IMG/VR virus record: IMGVR_UViG_3300037722_000889
Span: 14,683-78,682 of that record
Direction: 5' to 3' (one strand)
DNA length: 64,000 bases
Source of the DNA: a virus
Lineage: Duplodnaviria > Caudoviricetes
Shown: piece after piece, positions 54,644 through 63,749 of the stretch
How the letters are laid out: each line of letters begins with the position of its first letter
Position numbering within the stretch: position 1 is the stretch's first letter
Position numbers and translations under genes: made by a program
Notes under the pieces: model-generated
Databases searched by the model: none
What the model was told of the DNA's origin: nothing
What the model saw: the letters and a program-made list of their open reading frames with translations, nothing else

Positions 54644-55105
54644 ATGGCGGACAATTCGGTAAGCACCGAGCATGTGCAGGCGATCGTCGCGGTAGGGATT
54701 TTCGCAACCGGGGCGGCAGCTGCAGGGATCCGGATCCTGTGGCGGCGCTGGGTAAGAAGGCGAGGGGAGTTTTTGCAGCGGCTGATCGGAGAAGCAGAGG
54801 GGAAGGTAGAGGCCCGGGTTGCACTGGCCGAGAAGGGCATCGATTCACGCATCGACGAGGTGGAGAGGACCATGGCAGCGAACGCTGAGACACTTTTGGC
54901 AAAACTGAATCATGATCGCGATGACATTCGAGACCGGATGGACGACTGCGCCGCCAAGCTGCGCGGGGCGCTCGACACGAAGGCGGACAAGGCCAGTACC
55001 CAGGCCCTGTTCGACCGCATATTCGAGCTGCAGGAGCGCCACCGGGACCAGATGGTCACTGCCATCACGGAATGGGCCAGAGGCGCCTGCCAGAAAAGCG
55101 AGTAA
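54644..55105 (+). CDS. single-TM coiled-coil protein (holin/antiholin-like)
   Basis: N-terminal hydrophobic helix then coiled coil; lies just before the lysis genes. Confidence 0.5.
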   Translation: MADNSVSTEHVQAIVAVGIFATGAAAAGIRILWRRWVRRRGEFLQRLIGEAEGKVEARVALAEKGIDSRIDEVERTMAANAETLLAKLNHDRDDIRDRMDDCAAKLRGALDTKADKASTQALFDRIFELQERHRDQMVTAITEWARGACQKSE

Positions 55106-55206
55106 TTACGTGAAGTTTATGGTATAAACTATTGACATTTCGGGCGTAACGCCCACCGGGGCTGCCACTGAGGGCCGCCCCGAGTGCTACTAGAGAGGGT
55201 AGCCGC

Positions 55207-55650
55207 ATGGACCACATGGTCATCCGCAGGATCGCCAGTCGCAACGACGGCATGTTCGGCGCCGTCACCTGGAACAACCTCCCTTTCGCCGTCACCGTCG
55301 AGCGCCCCTGGCTCGACAACCAGACCGGCATCTCGTGCATCCCCGCAGGCCATTACATCTGCAAGCGGTGCCGCACGTCTCCCGACTATGGGTTTCGCGA
55401 CAGCCCCAAGTTCGGCGACACCTTCCAGGTCATGAACGTCCCGGGCCGCTCCCTCATCCTGTTTCACAAGGGCAACCTCGACGAGGACAGCCATGGCTGC
55501 ATCATCCTCGGCGAGCAGTACGAGCCGTTCCGCAGCCGCCCGGCCGCCGTGCTCAGCAGCGCCAAGGCCTTCGAAGAGTTCAAGTCCCTGACCCACGGCA
55601 TCGACGAGTTCCTGTTGGACATCGTCGACTGCACGGCGGTGCCGCGGTGA
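55207..55650 (+). CDS. DUF5675-family protein, probable endolysin
   Basis: TVERPWLDN...SCIPAGHY...VPGRSLILFHKGN..DSHGCIILG; located in the lysis cassette with no other lysin seen. Confidence 0.75.
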   Translation: MDHMVIRRIASRNDGMFGAVTWNNLPFAVTVERPWLDNQTGISCIPAGHYICKRCRTSPDYGFRDSPKFGDTFQVMNVPGRSLILFHKGNLDEDSHGCIILGEQYEPFRSRPAAVLSSAKAFEEFKSLTHGIDEFLLDIVDCTAVPR

Positions 55651-55988
55651 ACGACCAAGTCAACTTCGAAGGTTGGCGGGTCCCGCCGGACTTCAAGAGC
55701 GACGGGTGCACGTTCCCCGGGCCGCTGGCGCTGTTCAAGGGCGTCATGCAGGCGGCGGAGTACAAGCCGGCCTGCATCCTGCACGACTGGCATCGCAACC
55801 ACGTCACCTTTTACGGCATGACGATGGCCGAGGCCGACGCCATCTTCCGCCGCTACCTGAAGCACATGGGCGCGCCTTCCTGGAAGGCGACCATTTATTG
55901 GGGCGCGACGAAGTTGGGCCGGGTGTTTTACCGGAATAGTTCGCCCGTCCCGGAGCGATGGATGTACTACGTGGAGGCGCATAAATGA
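55647..55988 (+). CDS. DUF1353-like protein
   Basis: VPPDFKSDGCTFP...ACILHDW...ADAIFRRYL. Confidence 0.7.
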   Translation: MNDQVNFEGWRVPPDFKSDGCTFPGPLALFKGVMQAAEYKPACILHDWHRNHVTFYGMTMAEADAIFRRYLKHMGAPSWKATIYWGATKLGRVFYRNSSPVPERWMYYVEAHK

Positions 55989-56212
55989 TCGCCTGGATGG
56001 ATCGGCACAAGGTGTTCACCATCATCTTGGTGTTCGCCATCTTCGCCCTGGTAGGCGCGGTCACCGTCAAGGTGTTCTGGGACCCGAGAGACGTCCCTAG
56101 CGGCACGCTCGGGGCGCTGACCGTCGTGTACGGCCTGCCTGCCTTGGCCGTTGCGCTGTGGAAATGGCGCGGCGAGCTGATCACCAGGAAGCCTGCGAAA
56201 GGGGATGAGTGA
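55985..56212 (+). CDS. putative holin (2 TM)
   Basis: 75 aa, two hydrophobic helices, charged C-terminal tail. Confidence 0.7.
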   Translation: MIAWMDRHKVFTIILVFAIFALVGAVTVKVFWDPRDVPSGTLGALTVVYGLPALAVALWKWRGELITRKPAKGDE

Positions 56213-56580
56213 TGTGGCGCTTGGTTGCGAAGTATTTGCCCGCCAGTCTGTCAGCCGTGCTGAAACCTGGGCTGTTTGCTGCGCTGGGCGCTGCATCGGC
56301 AGTCGGTGCGTGGGGAGCTTGGTGGGCGACCAGCAAGTACTACGAATCGCAGACCGTTGCTGCCTGGAAGCTGACGGCGGAAACGGCGCAGAAGAGGCTG
56401 GTAGCAAGGGACAAGATCATCGCTGACCTGCAGGCGGACCATCAGCGGTTCGTGAGGGCCGCCGACGAGAGGAGAAGGGAATATGAACGGCAACGCGATC
56501 AAGAAGGCGGCAGCTGGGGCGGCACTCGCGTACCTCCTTCTGCTCTCCAGCGGCTGCGCAACCTGCCGCCCGCCGAGTGA
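56209..56580 (+). CDS. inner-membrane spanin (Rz-like)
   Basis: N-terminal TM segment and periplasmic coiled coil; overlaps the lipoprotein gene. Confidence 0.7.
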   Translation: MMWRLVAKYLPASLSAVLKPGLFAALGAASAVGAWGAWWATSKYYESQTVAAWKLTAETAQKRLVARDKIIADLQADHQRFVRAADERRREYERQRDQEGGSWGGTRVPPSALQRLRNLPPAE

Positions 56581-56746
56581 TGGATCAGAGTCCTCTGAGG
56601 CGCTGGCTGCTGCCACGCCAGTTCCACCGCCCCCTACCGCAGATACCACCACCAACGACGACCTGCTGGAGTGGTGCGATGCGACGTATGAAAGTTTGCT
56701 GGCGTGCAATCGCAGCAAAGCCGCCATCAAGGAAGACGGCAAATAG
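56483..56746 (+). CDS. outer-membrane spanin lipoprotein (Rz1-like)
   Basis: Signal peptide with lipobox LSSG-C and a Pro-rich segment; overlaps the Rz-like gene in another frame. Confidence 0.75.
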   Translation: MNGNAIKKAAAGAALAYLLLLSSGCATCRPPSDGSESSEALAAATPVPPPPTADTTTNDDLLEWCDATYESLLACNRSKAAIKEDGK

Positions 56747-56773
56747 CACCGCAACGAAGTGAAGGAGCGGAGT

Positions 56774-57952
56774 ATGGCCGGCAAGCTGATAGATCGAGAC
56801 GACCAGTTAAAACAATATGCCACGCCCAGGCAATGGGAGCTGTTGAACGCCGCCTGGGACGCCGGCAGCATCCGTAAAGCCGCCAAGGCCCTGGGCCTGA
56901 ACAAGTCCACTATCGCGACGCAGGTCGCAGCCGTCCTGGCCCGAGCAGCCAAAGCCGGCCACTCCCCTGAACACGACCTGACCCATCCCATCCCCGACGG
57001 CTACAAGCTGCGCGGCGCTTCCACCCTGTACCGCCGCGGCGAGCCGGAGCCAGTACTGCAGTGGGTCAAGACCAGCGAGGATGCCGAGCGCCAGGAGTTC
57101 CTGCGCCGAGAGATAGTAGAGGCGATGACCAAGCTGCTGCCCCGTCTGGCGCCACAGGAGGCCCCTGCAGCCACGTTGGAGTCCCTGCTGGCCGTCTACC
57201 CCGTCGGCGACCATCACCTCGGCATGTACGCCTGGGACGAGGAAGCAGGGGAGAACTACGACATGGCCATTGCCGAGGGCCTGCTAGACAGCGCCATGGC
57301 GTCCCTGACCGCCTCGACCCCGCCGGCGCAGCAAGCCTTAGTCGCCATTCTTGGCGACTTCTTTCACTACGACAGCCTCGAGCCAATCACTCCTACCAGC
57401 AAGAATCAGCTGGATTCCGACGGCCGCTACGCCCTGATGATCCGCACCGGCATTCGCCTGATCCGACGAGTTGTGGAGCTGGCGCTGCAGCGCCACGAGA
57501 CCGTGCACATCATCCCGGAACCCGGCAACCACGACCTGTCCACCGCGGTGTTCCTGGGCGAGTGCCTTGCCGCCCTCTATGAGAACGAGCCCCGGGTGAC
57601 GGTCGACACCAGCCCGCGGCATTTCCACTACTACGAGTTCGGCGTGAACCTGATCGGCGTGCACCACGGGCATAGCGTGAAGCTGCCCGACCTGCCGCTG
57701 ATCATGGCCTCTGACCAGCCTGAAGCCTGGGGCCGTACCACGCAGCGCCGCTGGCTCACTGGCCATGTCCATAAAGACAGCGTGGTCGACGTGCAGGGCG
57801 TGCGCGTGGAGTCGTTCCGCGTGCTGCCTCCGACGGACGCCTGGGCGGCCAACAAGGGCTACCGGGGCGGGAGAAGTATGGTCGCCATGGTTCTGCACAA
57901 GGACCATGGCGAGGTGGCGCGACACACGGTCACGCCGGACATGATGAAGTAA
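56774..57952 (+). CDS. N-terminal HTH fused to a calcineurin-like metallophosphoesterase
   Basis: GSIRKAAKALGLNKSTI HTH; GDHH, GDFFH, GNHD, HHGH and GHVH motifs. Confidence 0.85.
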   Translation: MAGKLIDRDDQLKQYATPRQWELLNAAWDAGSIRKAAKALGLNKSTIATQVAAVLARAAKAGHSPEHDLTHPIPDGYKLRGASTLYRRGEPEPVLQWVKTSEDAERQEFLRREIVEAMTKLLPRLAPQEAPAATLESLLAVYPVGDHHLGMYAWDEEAGENYDMAIAEGLLDSAMASLTASTPPAQQALVAILGDFFHYDSLEPITPTSKNQLDSDGRYALMIRTGIRLIRRVVELALQRHETVHIIPEPGNHDLSTAVFLGECLAALYENEPRVTVDTSPRHFHYYEFGVNLIGVHHGHSVKLPDLPLIMASDQPEAWGRTTQRRWLTGHVHKDSVVDVQGVRVESFRVLPPTDAWAANKGYRGGRSMVAMVLHKDHGEVARHTVTPDMMK

Positions 57953-57977
57953 CCGGGGAATGTGATGGGAGTCAGAA

Positions 57978-58334
57978 ATGAAACGGATGTTCGACTGGAT
58001 AACCTCGCGCTTGCCTTCAAACTGCTGGCTATGGTCGAAAGGCAAGCAATGGAAACACGGCGGCTATATCGCGAGACGCAGAACCGTCCGCCATATGTTC
58101 GGTGGACGTGTCCGCGGATGGTGGAGCCATTACCTGTGGGCAAGGGACCTGAACGGCCCTTGGATGGGGTACCTGCCGAAGAAGGACGAAGATCACAAGG
58201 TTACCCGAATTGGGCTGCCGGCGCTGTTGTTCTTCGGGGTCGTTAAGGAAGAGAAACCGGGCCACGTGGCCCGGTATCTGGATGAGCATGAACTGGTTGC
58301 GTTGCCGCCGTTGGGGGATCAGGAGAAGGGCTGA
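57978..58334 (+). CDS. hypothetical Trp/Arg-rich protein (118 aa)
   Basis: Last rightward ORF; converges with the right arm. Confidence 0.5.
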   Translation: MKRMFDWITSRLPSNCWLWSKGKQWKHGGYIARRRTVRHMFGGRVRGWWSHYLWARDLNGPWMGYLPKKDEDHKVTRIGLPALLFFGVVKEEKPGHVARYLDEHELVALPPLGDQEKG

Positions 58335-58347
58335 CCACGCCCTGTAG

Positions 58348-58581
58348 TTAGATAAACTTGTTCATGGACGAGGACTGGTCGAACTTATCTATCTCCTTGT
58401 ACTCGATTCGCGGATACAGTCTGCCCGGGACGTGCGCTATATTCAGGCACTCCGGGCACTGGTACTGGCGCTGCGGCGGGTCGCTCATGAGAATCGTGCC
58501 GGTATACGCCATCTCTCCCGTCCCGCAGGTGTCGCAGATCAGGTCTACCCTGATCGTCTTTACTTCAGTGCGCTGTTCCAT
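58348..58581 (-). CDS. zinc-ribbon protein (77 aa)
   Basis: CDTC...CPEC. Confidence 0.65.
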   Translation of the reverse strand: MEQRTEVKTIRVDLICDTCGTGEMAYTGTILMSDPPQRQYQCPECLNIAHVPGRLYPRIEYKEIDKFDQSSSMNKFI

Positions 58582-58898
58582 CACGAACCTACCTGCGAGC
58601 CGTCCGGCTCCCACGTAAATTCAGTGACCGGAAAATGGGCGCCGCACCCAGTACAGAATGTACCGCCGTAAAACGTCGGATCACGGGCGTACGTCTCTGC
58701 TATCGTCGCTCCCATCGTCGTTACCACTCCGCATTTCGTGTGCCGGTAACTACGGCGCACGGGCCGCACAAATCCCTTTGCACGTTCTTCCGGACACAGC
58801 GTCAGGTAATCCACCTGCTGCCCGTTTTCCTTCAGTTCGGTGTAGCCTGGGCTTGGCGCACTCCCATCGGTCAGGCACGTCTTAGGCACGTCGTTCAT
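58581..58898 (-). CDS. conserved phage Cys/His protein
   Basis: FVRPVRRSYRHTKCG..TTMG..IAETYARDP.FYGGTFCTGC..HFPV.EF.W. Confidence 0.75.
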   Translation of the reverse strand: MNDVPKTCLTDGSAPSPGYTELKENGQQVDYLTLCPEERAKGFVRPVRRSYRHTKCGVVTTMGATIAETYARDPTFYGGTFCTGCGAHFPVTEFTWEPDGSQVGS

Positions 58899-59085
58899 TT
58901 CTGCACTCCTCGTCGGCTGCTTCAACTACTGGTTTCAAATCTGCTACCCACTCGTACTGCACGCGCAATGTCAGCGTGTCCTGTGTGATGCCGCCATGCT
59001 CCGTGTAAGTGAAGTCGGCGGCATCTAGACGGCGCTTGAAAATCGGCAGCTTCCAGGCATCAATGACAATGGCTGCCGTCTTCAT
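58882..59085 (-). CDS. conserved small phage protein (67 aa)
   Basis: MKTAAIVIDAWKLPIFKRRL. Confidence 0.65.
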   Translation of the reverse strand: MKTAAIVIDAWKLPIFKRRLDAADFTYTEHGGITQDTLTLRVQYEWVADLKPVVEAADEECRNERRA

Positions 59086-59282
59086 GGTTCCACTTCCTGT
59101 TCAACGGCAGGGCAGTCGTACACAGTCTGCAGCCCTTTTACGTTTTGGATAACGAGCGTAGTAGGCTTGCAATGGGTGACGAGGTACTCATTTTCCTCGT
59201 GCCTACTTTGTGTCCCGGCCAAGGCAAAGTAGACGATACCGGCCAACCCCACGCCCAGCACTATAAAAGGACCGTCCATCAC
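59082..59282 (-). CDS. small single-TM protein (66 aa)
   Basis: N-terminal hydrophobic helix; coupled to the SbcC-like gene. Confidence 0.55.
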   Translation of the reverse strand: MMDGPFIVLGVGLAGIVYFALAGTQSRHEENEYLVTHCKPTTLVIQNVKGLQTVYDCPAVEQEVEP

Positions 59283-61414
59283 GCCACCTCGATTACGTTC
59301 TGAGCCACCGCACCGTCCAACTCCCGGTGTGTCACTACGATCAACTGCTTACCTTCCGCCGACAAAATAGAGGACATAGCCAAGGAGTGCTGCGTGTCCA
59401 TGTCAGCCGCAGGTTCGTCCAGCAGCAATGTCTGCCACGGACAAGGCAACAGGCCGTCCAGCGCCAGCTGGACCCCGAGTCCCATCAGTGACCGCTGCGC
59501 ACCAGACGCCGCATCGATGGGCCGTTCCACCTCACCCTCGACGTAGGCGAACGACCCGTTCTCCTTGCGCACGATGCGGGCAATGTGTCCGTCCGTGCAC
59601 GCCGAGGCGAAGGTCGAAGCCTGCGATGTGATGCCGTCCCAGACCGAGGCCAGATACCGGTCCCGGTTCGAGGCCAGGAACTTCTTCAGCTGGCCCGCGG
59701 TCGCCAGCCGGTGGGTCAGCTGGGTGCGCTTCTCCTCGGCGGCCTTGGCCGCCTTCAGGTTGGTCTCGGCTTCCTTCCAGGACCCGTACTCGATCCGGTA
59801 CCCTTCCTCGGCTGCCGCTACCACCGTCTCCTTCTCGGTCAGCTGCCGGCCCAGGTCCTGGACCGCCTCAGCCAGCGGGGCCGTGTCGACCAACGCCTCC
59901 GGCTCACCCAGGGCCTCGATGCGGTCCAGGTACTGCTGGGCACGCTGCTGGGCCGCACTGCACTCCCGGTTGGCGGCGTCGAAGACCGCCCTGGCCTGAC
60001 GGGCGACCGTCACCTGCCCCTGCAGCTTGGTCACCTCGGCCTGCAGCTCGGCCAGGGTCGCCTCGTCGCACGGCCCCAGCGCCTGCAGGCTGGCCTCGGC
60101 CTCGGTCAGTGCCTGGGCGTTCTCCTGCACCTTCTCCTGTGCCCTGACGAGGGCTGCCGCTGCCTTCTCATGGTCAGCTGCCATCTTCACGGCCTGATCC
60201 AGCGCCGCCTTCATGTTCGTGTAGGCCCCCTGGGCGGCTTGCACCTCCCGCTCGGCCTCAGCCGCCTTCGCGGCCAGCGCCTGTGGATCCGCGTCCTCGA
60301 ACGGGCGCTGGCAGGTCGGGCAGGCGCAGTTCTTGGCCGAGTGCTGCAGGCTGGTCCATTCTGCGTGCTTGGCGGTGTACTGGTCGCGCAGCGCCTCCAC
60401 CTCGACCTTGGCCTCCTCCAGACCGTTCGGCATCGGGCAGGCATCCAGCTCATCCTGTGCCGCCTCCAGGTCCAGGCCATACTGGCTGGCCCGGGCCTGC
60501 AGGGACCCGACCAGCGCCTTGGCCTGCTTCACCGCCCCGGCCACCCCGGCCACCCGGTTCAGCTCGTCCTGTGCCGCCCGGGCCTGGATCTCGAGGCTCT
60601 CCAGAGGGGCCGCCGCATCCGTCGCCTGGGCCATTCGATCCGCCGCGGCGTTCCCGGCAGCGGTCTCCTGGGCCGCGAGCACGCTCAGCTGATCGATCTC
60701 ACGCTGCGCCGCCTCCTGCGCCGCATTGTGCTGCTGAGCCTGCGTCAGGGCCTGCCCAGCTGCCTCTCGCTGCGCCTGCAGCGTCTCACGTTGCTTCTTG
60801 GCGTCCTTGAGGCTGCGATCCTTGGCCAGCAGGCTGGTGCGCAGGGTCTCTTCCTGCTGGGACAGGGCCGGCACGTCTCCCTCGGGCAGGGCTTCCAGCC
60901 CGCCCTTGGCTTCGGACTCGACCACCTTGCAGGCCTCGATCACCTGGCTGACCACGTCCGCCCCGGAGATCTCCTCGATGATCTTGTGCAGCTCGGCGAC
61001 CCCGAGGGTCAGCAGGGCCTCGGTCTGCTTCTGGGCGGAGTGCTTCAGCTGGCGGAAGCGCCGGTCGGCCATGCCGAACAGCTTGGCCAGTTCCGCTGCC
61101 ACCGGTGAGGCGCCCTTGGCGATCTCCTCGCCGTCGCGGCTCAAGGTGGCGTTGGATCCGGAACGCTTCACGTGGAACACTTGACCGGCCATGTTCCAGG
61201 TCAGCTCGGCGCCGGCGTTCTTGGCTTCGTCGTTCACCGCCACGGCCTTGCCACCCGGGACGGCAGAGTAGCCGCCCAGGGCGAACATGATGCCTTGCAG
61301 CACGGAACTCTTGCCCTTGTAGTTGTCGCCAATGAGGATGTTCAGGCCGTCGGTGAACGACAGGTCCAGTTCCTTGTGACGTTTGAAGTTGGTGAGCTTG
61401 AGGTTGGTAATCAC
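59279..61414 (-). CDS. SbcC/Rad50-like SMC ATPase (recombination nuclease subunit)
   Basis: Walker A GDNYKGKS, long coiled coil with CPTC zinc hook, signature SGAQ and Walker B LLLDEP; GTG start at 61414 after GAGGAG. Confidence 0.93.
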   Translation of the reverse strand: MITNLKLTNFKRHKELDLSFTDGLNILIGDNYKGKSSVLQGIMFALGGYSAVPGGKAVAVNDEAKNAGAELTWNMAGQVFHVKRSGSNATLSRDGEEIAKGASPVAAELAKLFGMADRRFRQLKHSAQKQTEALLTLGVAELHKIIEEISGADVVSQVIEACKVVESEAKGGLEALPEGDVPALSQQEETLRTSLLAKDRSLKDAKKQRETLQAQREAAGQALTQAQQHNAAQEAAQREIDQLSVLAAQETAAGNAAADRMAQATDAAAPLESLEIQARAAQDELNRVAGVAGAVKQAKALVGSLQARASQYGLDLEAAQDELDACPMPNGLEEAKVEVEALRDQYTAKHAEWTSLQHSAKNCACPTCQRPFEDADPQALAAKAAEAEREVQAAQGAYTNMKAALDQAVKMAADHEKAAAALVRAQEKVQENAQALTEAEASLQALGPCDEATLAELQAEVTKLQGQVTVARQARAVFDAANRECSAAQQRAQQYLDRIEALGEPEALVDTAPLAEAVQDLGRQLTEKETVVAAAEEGYRIEYGSWKEAETNLKAAKAAEEKRTQLTHRLATAGQLKKFLASNRDRYLASVWDGITSQASTFASACTDGHIARIVRKENGSFAYVEGEVERPIDAASGAQRSLMGLGVQLALDGLLPCPWQTLLLDEPAADMDTQHSLAMSSILSAEGKQLIVVTHRELDGAVAQNVIEVA

Positions 61415-61599
61415 GGGTAACTCCTCGTTGAGCGTGTACTGCATCGGCTGCAGTCACAGTTTGGGTTTCTGCCGTCCAGGACCAAGACCAGGCGGATCAC
61501 GGCACGTTTGGCGTGAGGAGGAGTGATCATTTTGTACCACTTCACCCCGGCCGGGACGCGAGCATACCTGACGTACTTACACTGGTCAGCGGCCGTCAT
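61411..61599 (-). CDS. small hypothetical protein with C-terminal CDCSRC
   Basis: ATG 61599, coupled to both neighbours. Confidence 0.4.
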   Translation of the reverse strand: MTAADQCKYVRYARVPAGVKWYKMITPPHAKRAVIRLVLVLDGRNPNCDCSRCSTRSTRSYP

Positions 61600-61925
61600 T
61601 CGTCGCCCGGCCCCGCCTTGCACCGTTGTTCGATGGCCGCCCAGGTGGGCTCGTACTCCGGCCAGTCCTTCTCCACTACCACGCATTCGAGAGGCAGCTT
61701 GCCGCGCTCCAGGCGCTGCGCTGCCACCAGATGCCCAGCCCGGTGAAGTGCCACTCTGAGGTCAGACGGCAGGCGGGCCGCATCGATGTCGGTCCACTTC
61801 AGCACGAAGTACCGATTCTCGCGCTTAAAAGGCCGGGTTTCTTCCAGCTTCGCCTCCAGCTCCTTCACGCGATTTTCCAACCAGCGGATCTGTTCGTATG
61901 CAGGGGTTCCAGCGTGTAGGCTCAC
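61596..61925 (-). CDS. conserved phage protein (109 aa)
   Basis: FKRENRYFVLKWTD...ECVVVEKDWPEYEPTWAAIEQR. Confidence 0.7.
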   Translation of the reverse strand: MSLHAGTPAYEQIRWLENRVKELEAKLEETRPFKRENRYFVLKWTDIDAARLPSDLRVALHRAGHLVAAQRLERGKLPLECVVVEKDWPEYEPTWAAIEQRCKAGPGDE

Positions 61926-62110
61926 GCCGCCTCCTTTAGTTTCTCGTCGACGTACCGCTTGCCGGCAGTGTGGGCGCCCTTCACGGACAGGAAGAAGTTC
62001 GGCAGTTCCGTGCCGTCCACGTAGCAGAGCAGATCGGGACCTGCCAGGGTGACCAGGATGGTGGAGCCCTTGTACTCGAGGGGCTGGCCTACAGTGTTTC
62101 GCTGAATCAT
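61922..62110 (-). CDS. hypothetical protein (62 aa)
   Basis: Coupled ORF with AGGGG SD. Confidence 0.6.
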   Translation of the reverse strand: MIQRNTVGQPLEYKGSTILVTLAGPDLLCYVDGTELPNFFLSVKGAHTAGKRYVDEKLKEAA

Positions 62111-62120
62111 CTCGGCCCCC

Positions 62121-62393
62121 TTATTCCGGACGCTTGCCGGGCATGTATTTTGCGGGGCCGCCAGTATTTCGCGGGCCTTCAGGCACCCGGCGGGACTTGG
62201 TCACGACGAGCTGCGGCTCGTCGAAGCTCTGCGCGTCTGGCAGGGTGCCGTCCTTGTTGACCTTGGGTTGCACGCTGACGCGGGTGCAACCATTCAGGTA
62301 CAGGTGCAGTGCCACTACGGTACCCGTGAAATCAGACACCGAATCCTTCACTTCGTCACCGAGATTAACCGTGCTCATTTTCGTAATCCTCAT
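62121..62393 (-). CDS. small SH3-like phage protein (90 aa)
   Basis: LGDEVKDSVSDFTGTVVA...YLNGC....VQP...FDEPQL. Confidence 0.7.
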   Translation of the reverse strand: MRITKMSTVNLGDEVKDSVSDFTGTVVALHLYLNGCTRVSVQPKVNKDGTLPDAQSFDEPQLVVTKSRRVPEGPRNTGGPAKYMPGKRPE

Positions 62394-62697
62394 TGATTAT
62401 CAAAAGTTTATCGTGCTTCGTGCAATGCAGGCTACCCTGCTCGTCACCCAGCAAACTGCCCGGGTGCAGGCATTGGCCGGCGGTCAGCCCGTCGACCTCC
62501 ATGTTCGGCCGCGCTACTTCATCTTTCAGCGTCTCCAGCTCACTGCGCAGCTGCTCATTCTCCTCCTCGTTGGCAATCGACCGCACCGCCTCACAGGAGG
62601 CACACCGGCCGCGGAAGGACAGCTGGGCCTGCTCCCGATCACACACGTAGCAGTACCCGATCCGCAGCGTCGGCCGCACCTTGATCACCTGGCTCAT
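62365..62697 (-). CDS. hypothetical Cys-containing protein (110 aa)
   Basis: CYVC...CASC; ATGA-coupled to the SbcD-like gene. Confidence 0.55.
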   Translation of the reverse strand: MSQVIKVRPTLRIGYCYVCDREQAQLSFRGRCASCEAVRSIANEEENEQLRSELETLKDEVARPNMEVDGLTAGQCLHPGSLLGDEQGSLHCTKHDKLLIINEDYENEHG

Positions 62698-63749
62698 GAC
62701 GCCTTCTCCAGCAACTCTTCGAACAGTCCCAGCATCGAGGTCCCCTTCAGCTCCTTGCGGATGGTTGCCGGCAGGGATTCGACCTCGATGCGGGTGCCGT
62801 CGGCGGTGACCGTGGCCGTCTTGACCTCGATGTCCAGCTTGACCGCGTACAGCTCGTCCGACTCCTTCCACAGGTTGGCGACCGCCTTGGTCACCTTGCC
62901 CACGTCCCCGGCGTCGACCGTGCCGGTGATGCGCACGAACTGGGCGGAGGTTGCCGTTGGAATGGTGTCGCGGGTGTAGGCCTTGTAACCGGACTTGGCA
63001 TCCCAGATCTTCTCGAACCGCAGCTCGCCGCCCTCCAGGATGGCGATGCGCTTGTCCGAGATGTCGCTGAACCCGGTCGGATGGGTGTTGCCCAGGATCA
63101 CCAGCCGGCCACCGAACAGGTCCCGCGGCTGGTGCTCGTGGCCCATGATGATGTAGTCGAACCGCTCCAGCAGCTTCTCGGCCCAGGCCTCGGTCAAGTT
63201 GAGGGTGGTCTCGGCCTCGGCGAACGGGCATTCGTAGTTGGCGTGCAGGAGCAGGATCCGGACACCGGGGCCTTCCTTCATCGTCCCGCTTCTCGGAACG
63301 TCGCCGCTGTCAACCTCGTCACAGACTCGCTGCAGGGATTCCTCGAACAGGGCCTGCGAGGCAACGTGCGGGACACCGAAGAGCACGGCGTTACCCATGC
63401 GGTACACCTGGTACCCGGCCTCGCCGAACGGCGTGATCCAGACCGTGCCGGGCTCCAGGGTGGACAGGAACTGCAGGGAGCCGATCGAGTCCTTGCGGTT
63501 GGTCACGTCGTGGTTCCCGGCCAGGATGACTTCGGAATAGCGCAGGGCGCGGTACCCCTGGAACAATGTCTCCTCATCGTTGCTGTAGGTGTGGAACAGG
63601 TCTCCGACGCAGACCTTGGCGCCGTCGGCGTCGAGGACGCGGTCGATCTGGTCGTACAGGGCTTCACGCAGCTTGGCGCGCGAGGCGGGCGTGGTGTTGG
63701 CTACTCGGTTGAGACCCAGGTGCGGGTCGGTATAGAACACGATACTCAT
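62694..63749 (-). CDS. SbcD/Mre11-like metallophosphoesterase nuclease
   Basis: FYTDPHLG, VGDLFH, AGNHD, LLHAN and MGHEH motifs; in the same operon as the Rad50-like ATPase. Confidence 0.9.
   Translation of the reverse strand: MSIVFYTDPHLGLNRVANTTPASRAKLREALYDQIDRVLDADGAKVCVGDLFHTYSNDEETLFQGYRALRYSEVILAGNHDVTNRKDSIGSLQFLSTLEPGTVWITPFGEAGYQVYRMGNAVLFGVPHVASQALFEESLQRVCDEVDSGDVPRSGTMKEGPGVRILLLHANYECPFAEAETTLNLTEAWAEKLLERFDYIIMGHEHQPRDLFGGRLVILGNTHPTGFSDISDKRIAILEGGELRFEKIWDAKSGYKAYTRDTIPTATSAQFVRITGTVDAGDVGKVTKAVANLWKESDELYAVKLDIEVKTATVTADGTRIEVESLPATIRKELKGTSMLGLFEELLEKAS

Noticed and set aside
29477-61108. Long antisense ORFs (29477-30724, 31018-34083, 34583-35737, 40030-42039, 44296-45420, 50875-52377, 59585-61108) and many plus-strand ORFs in the left arm
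   Set aside because: They are shadow frames of high-GC genes on the opposite strand, with no motifs or SDs.
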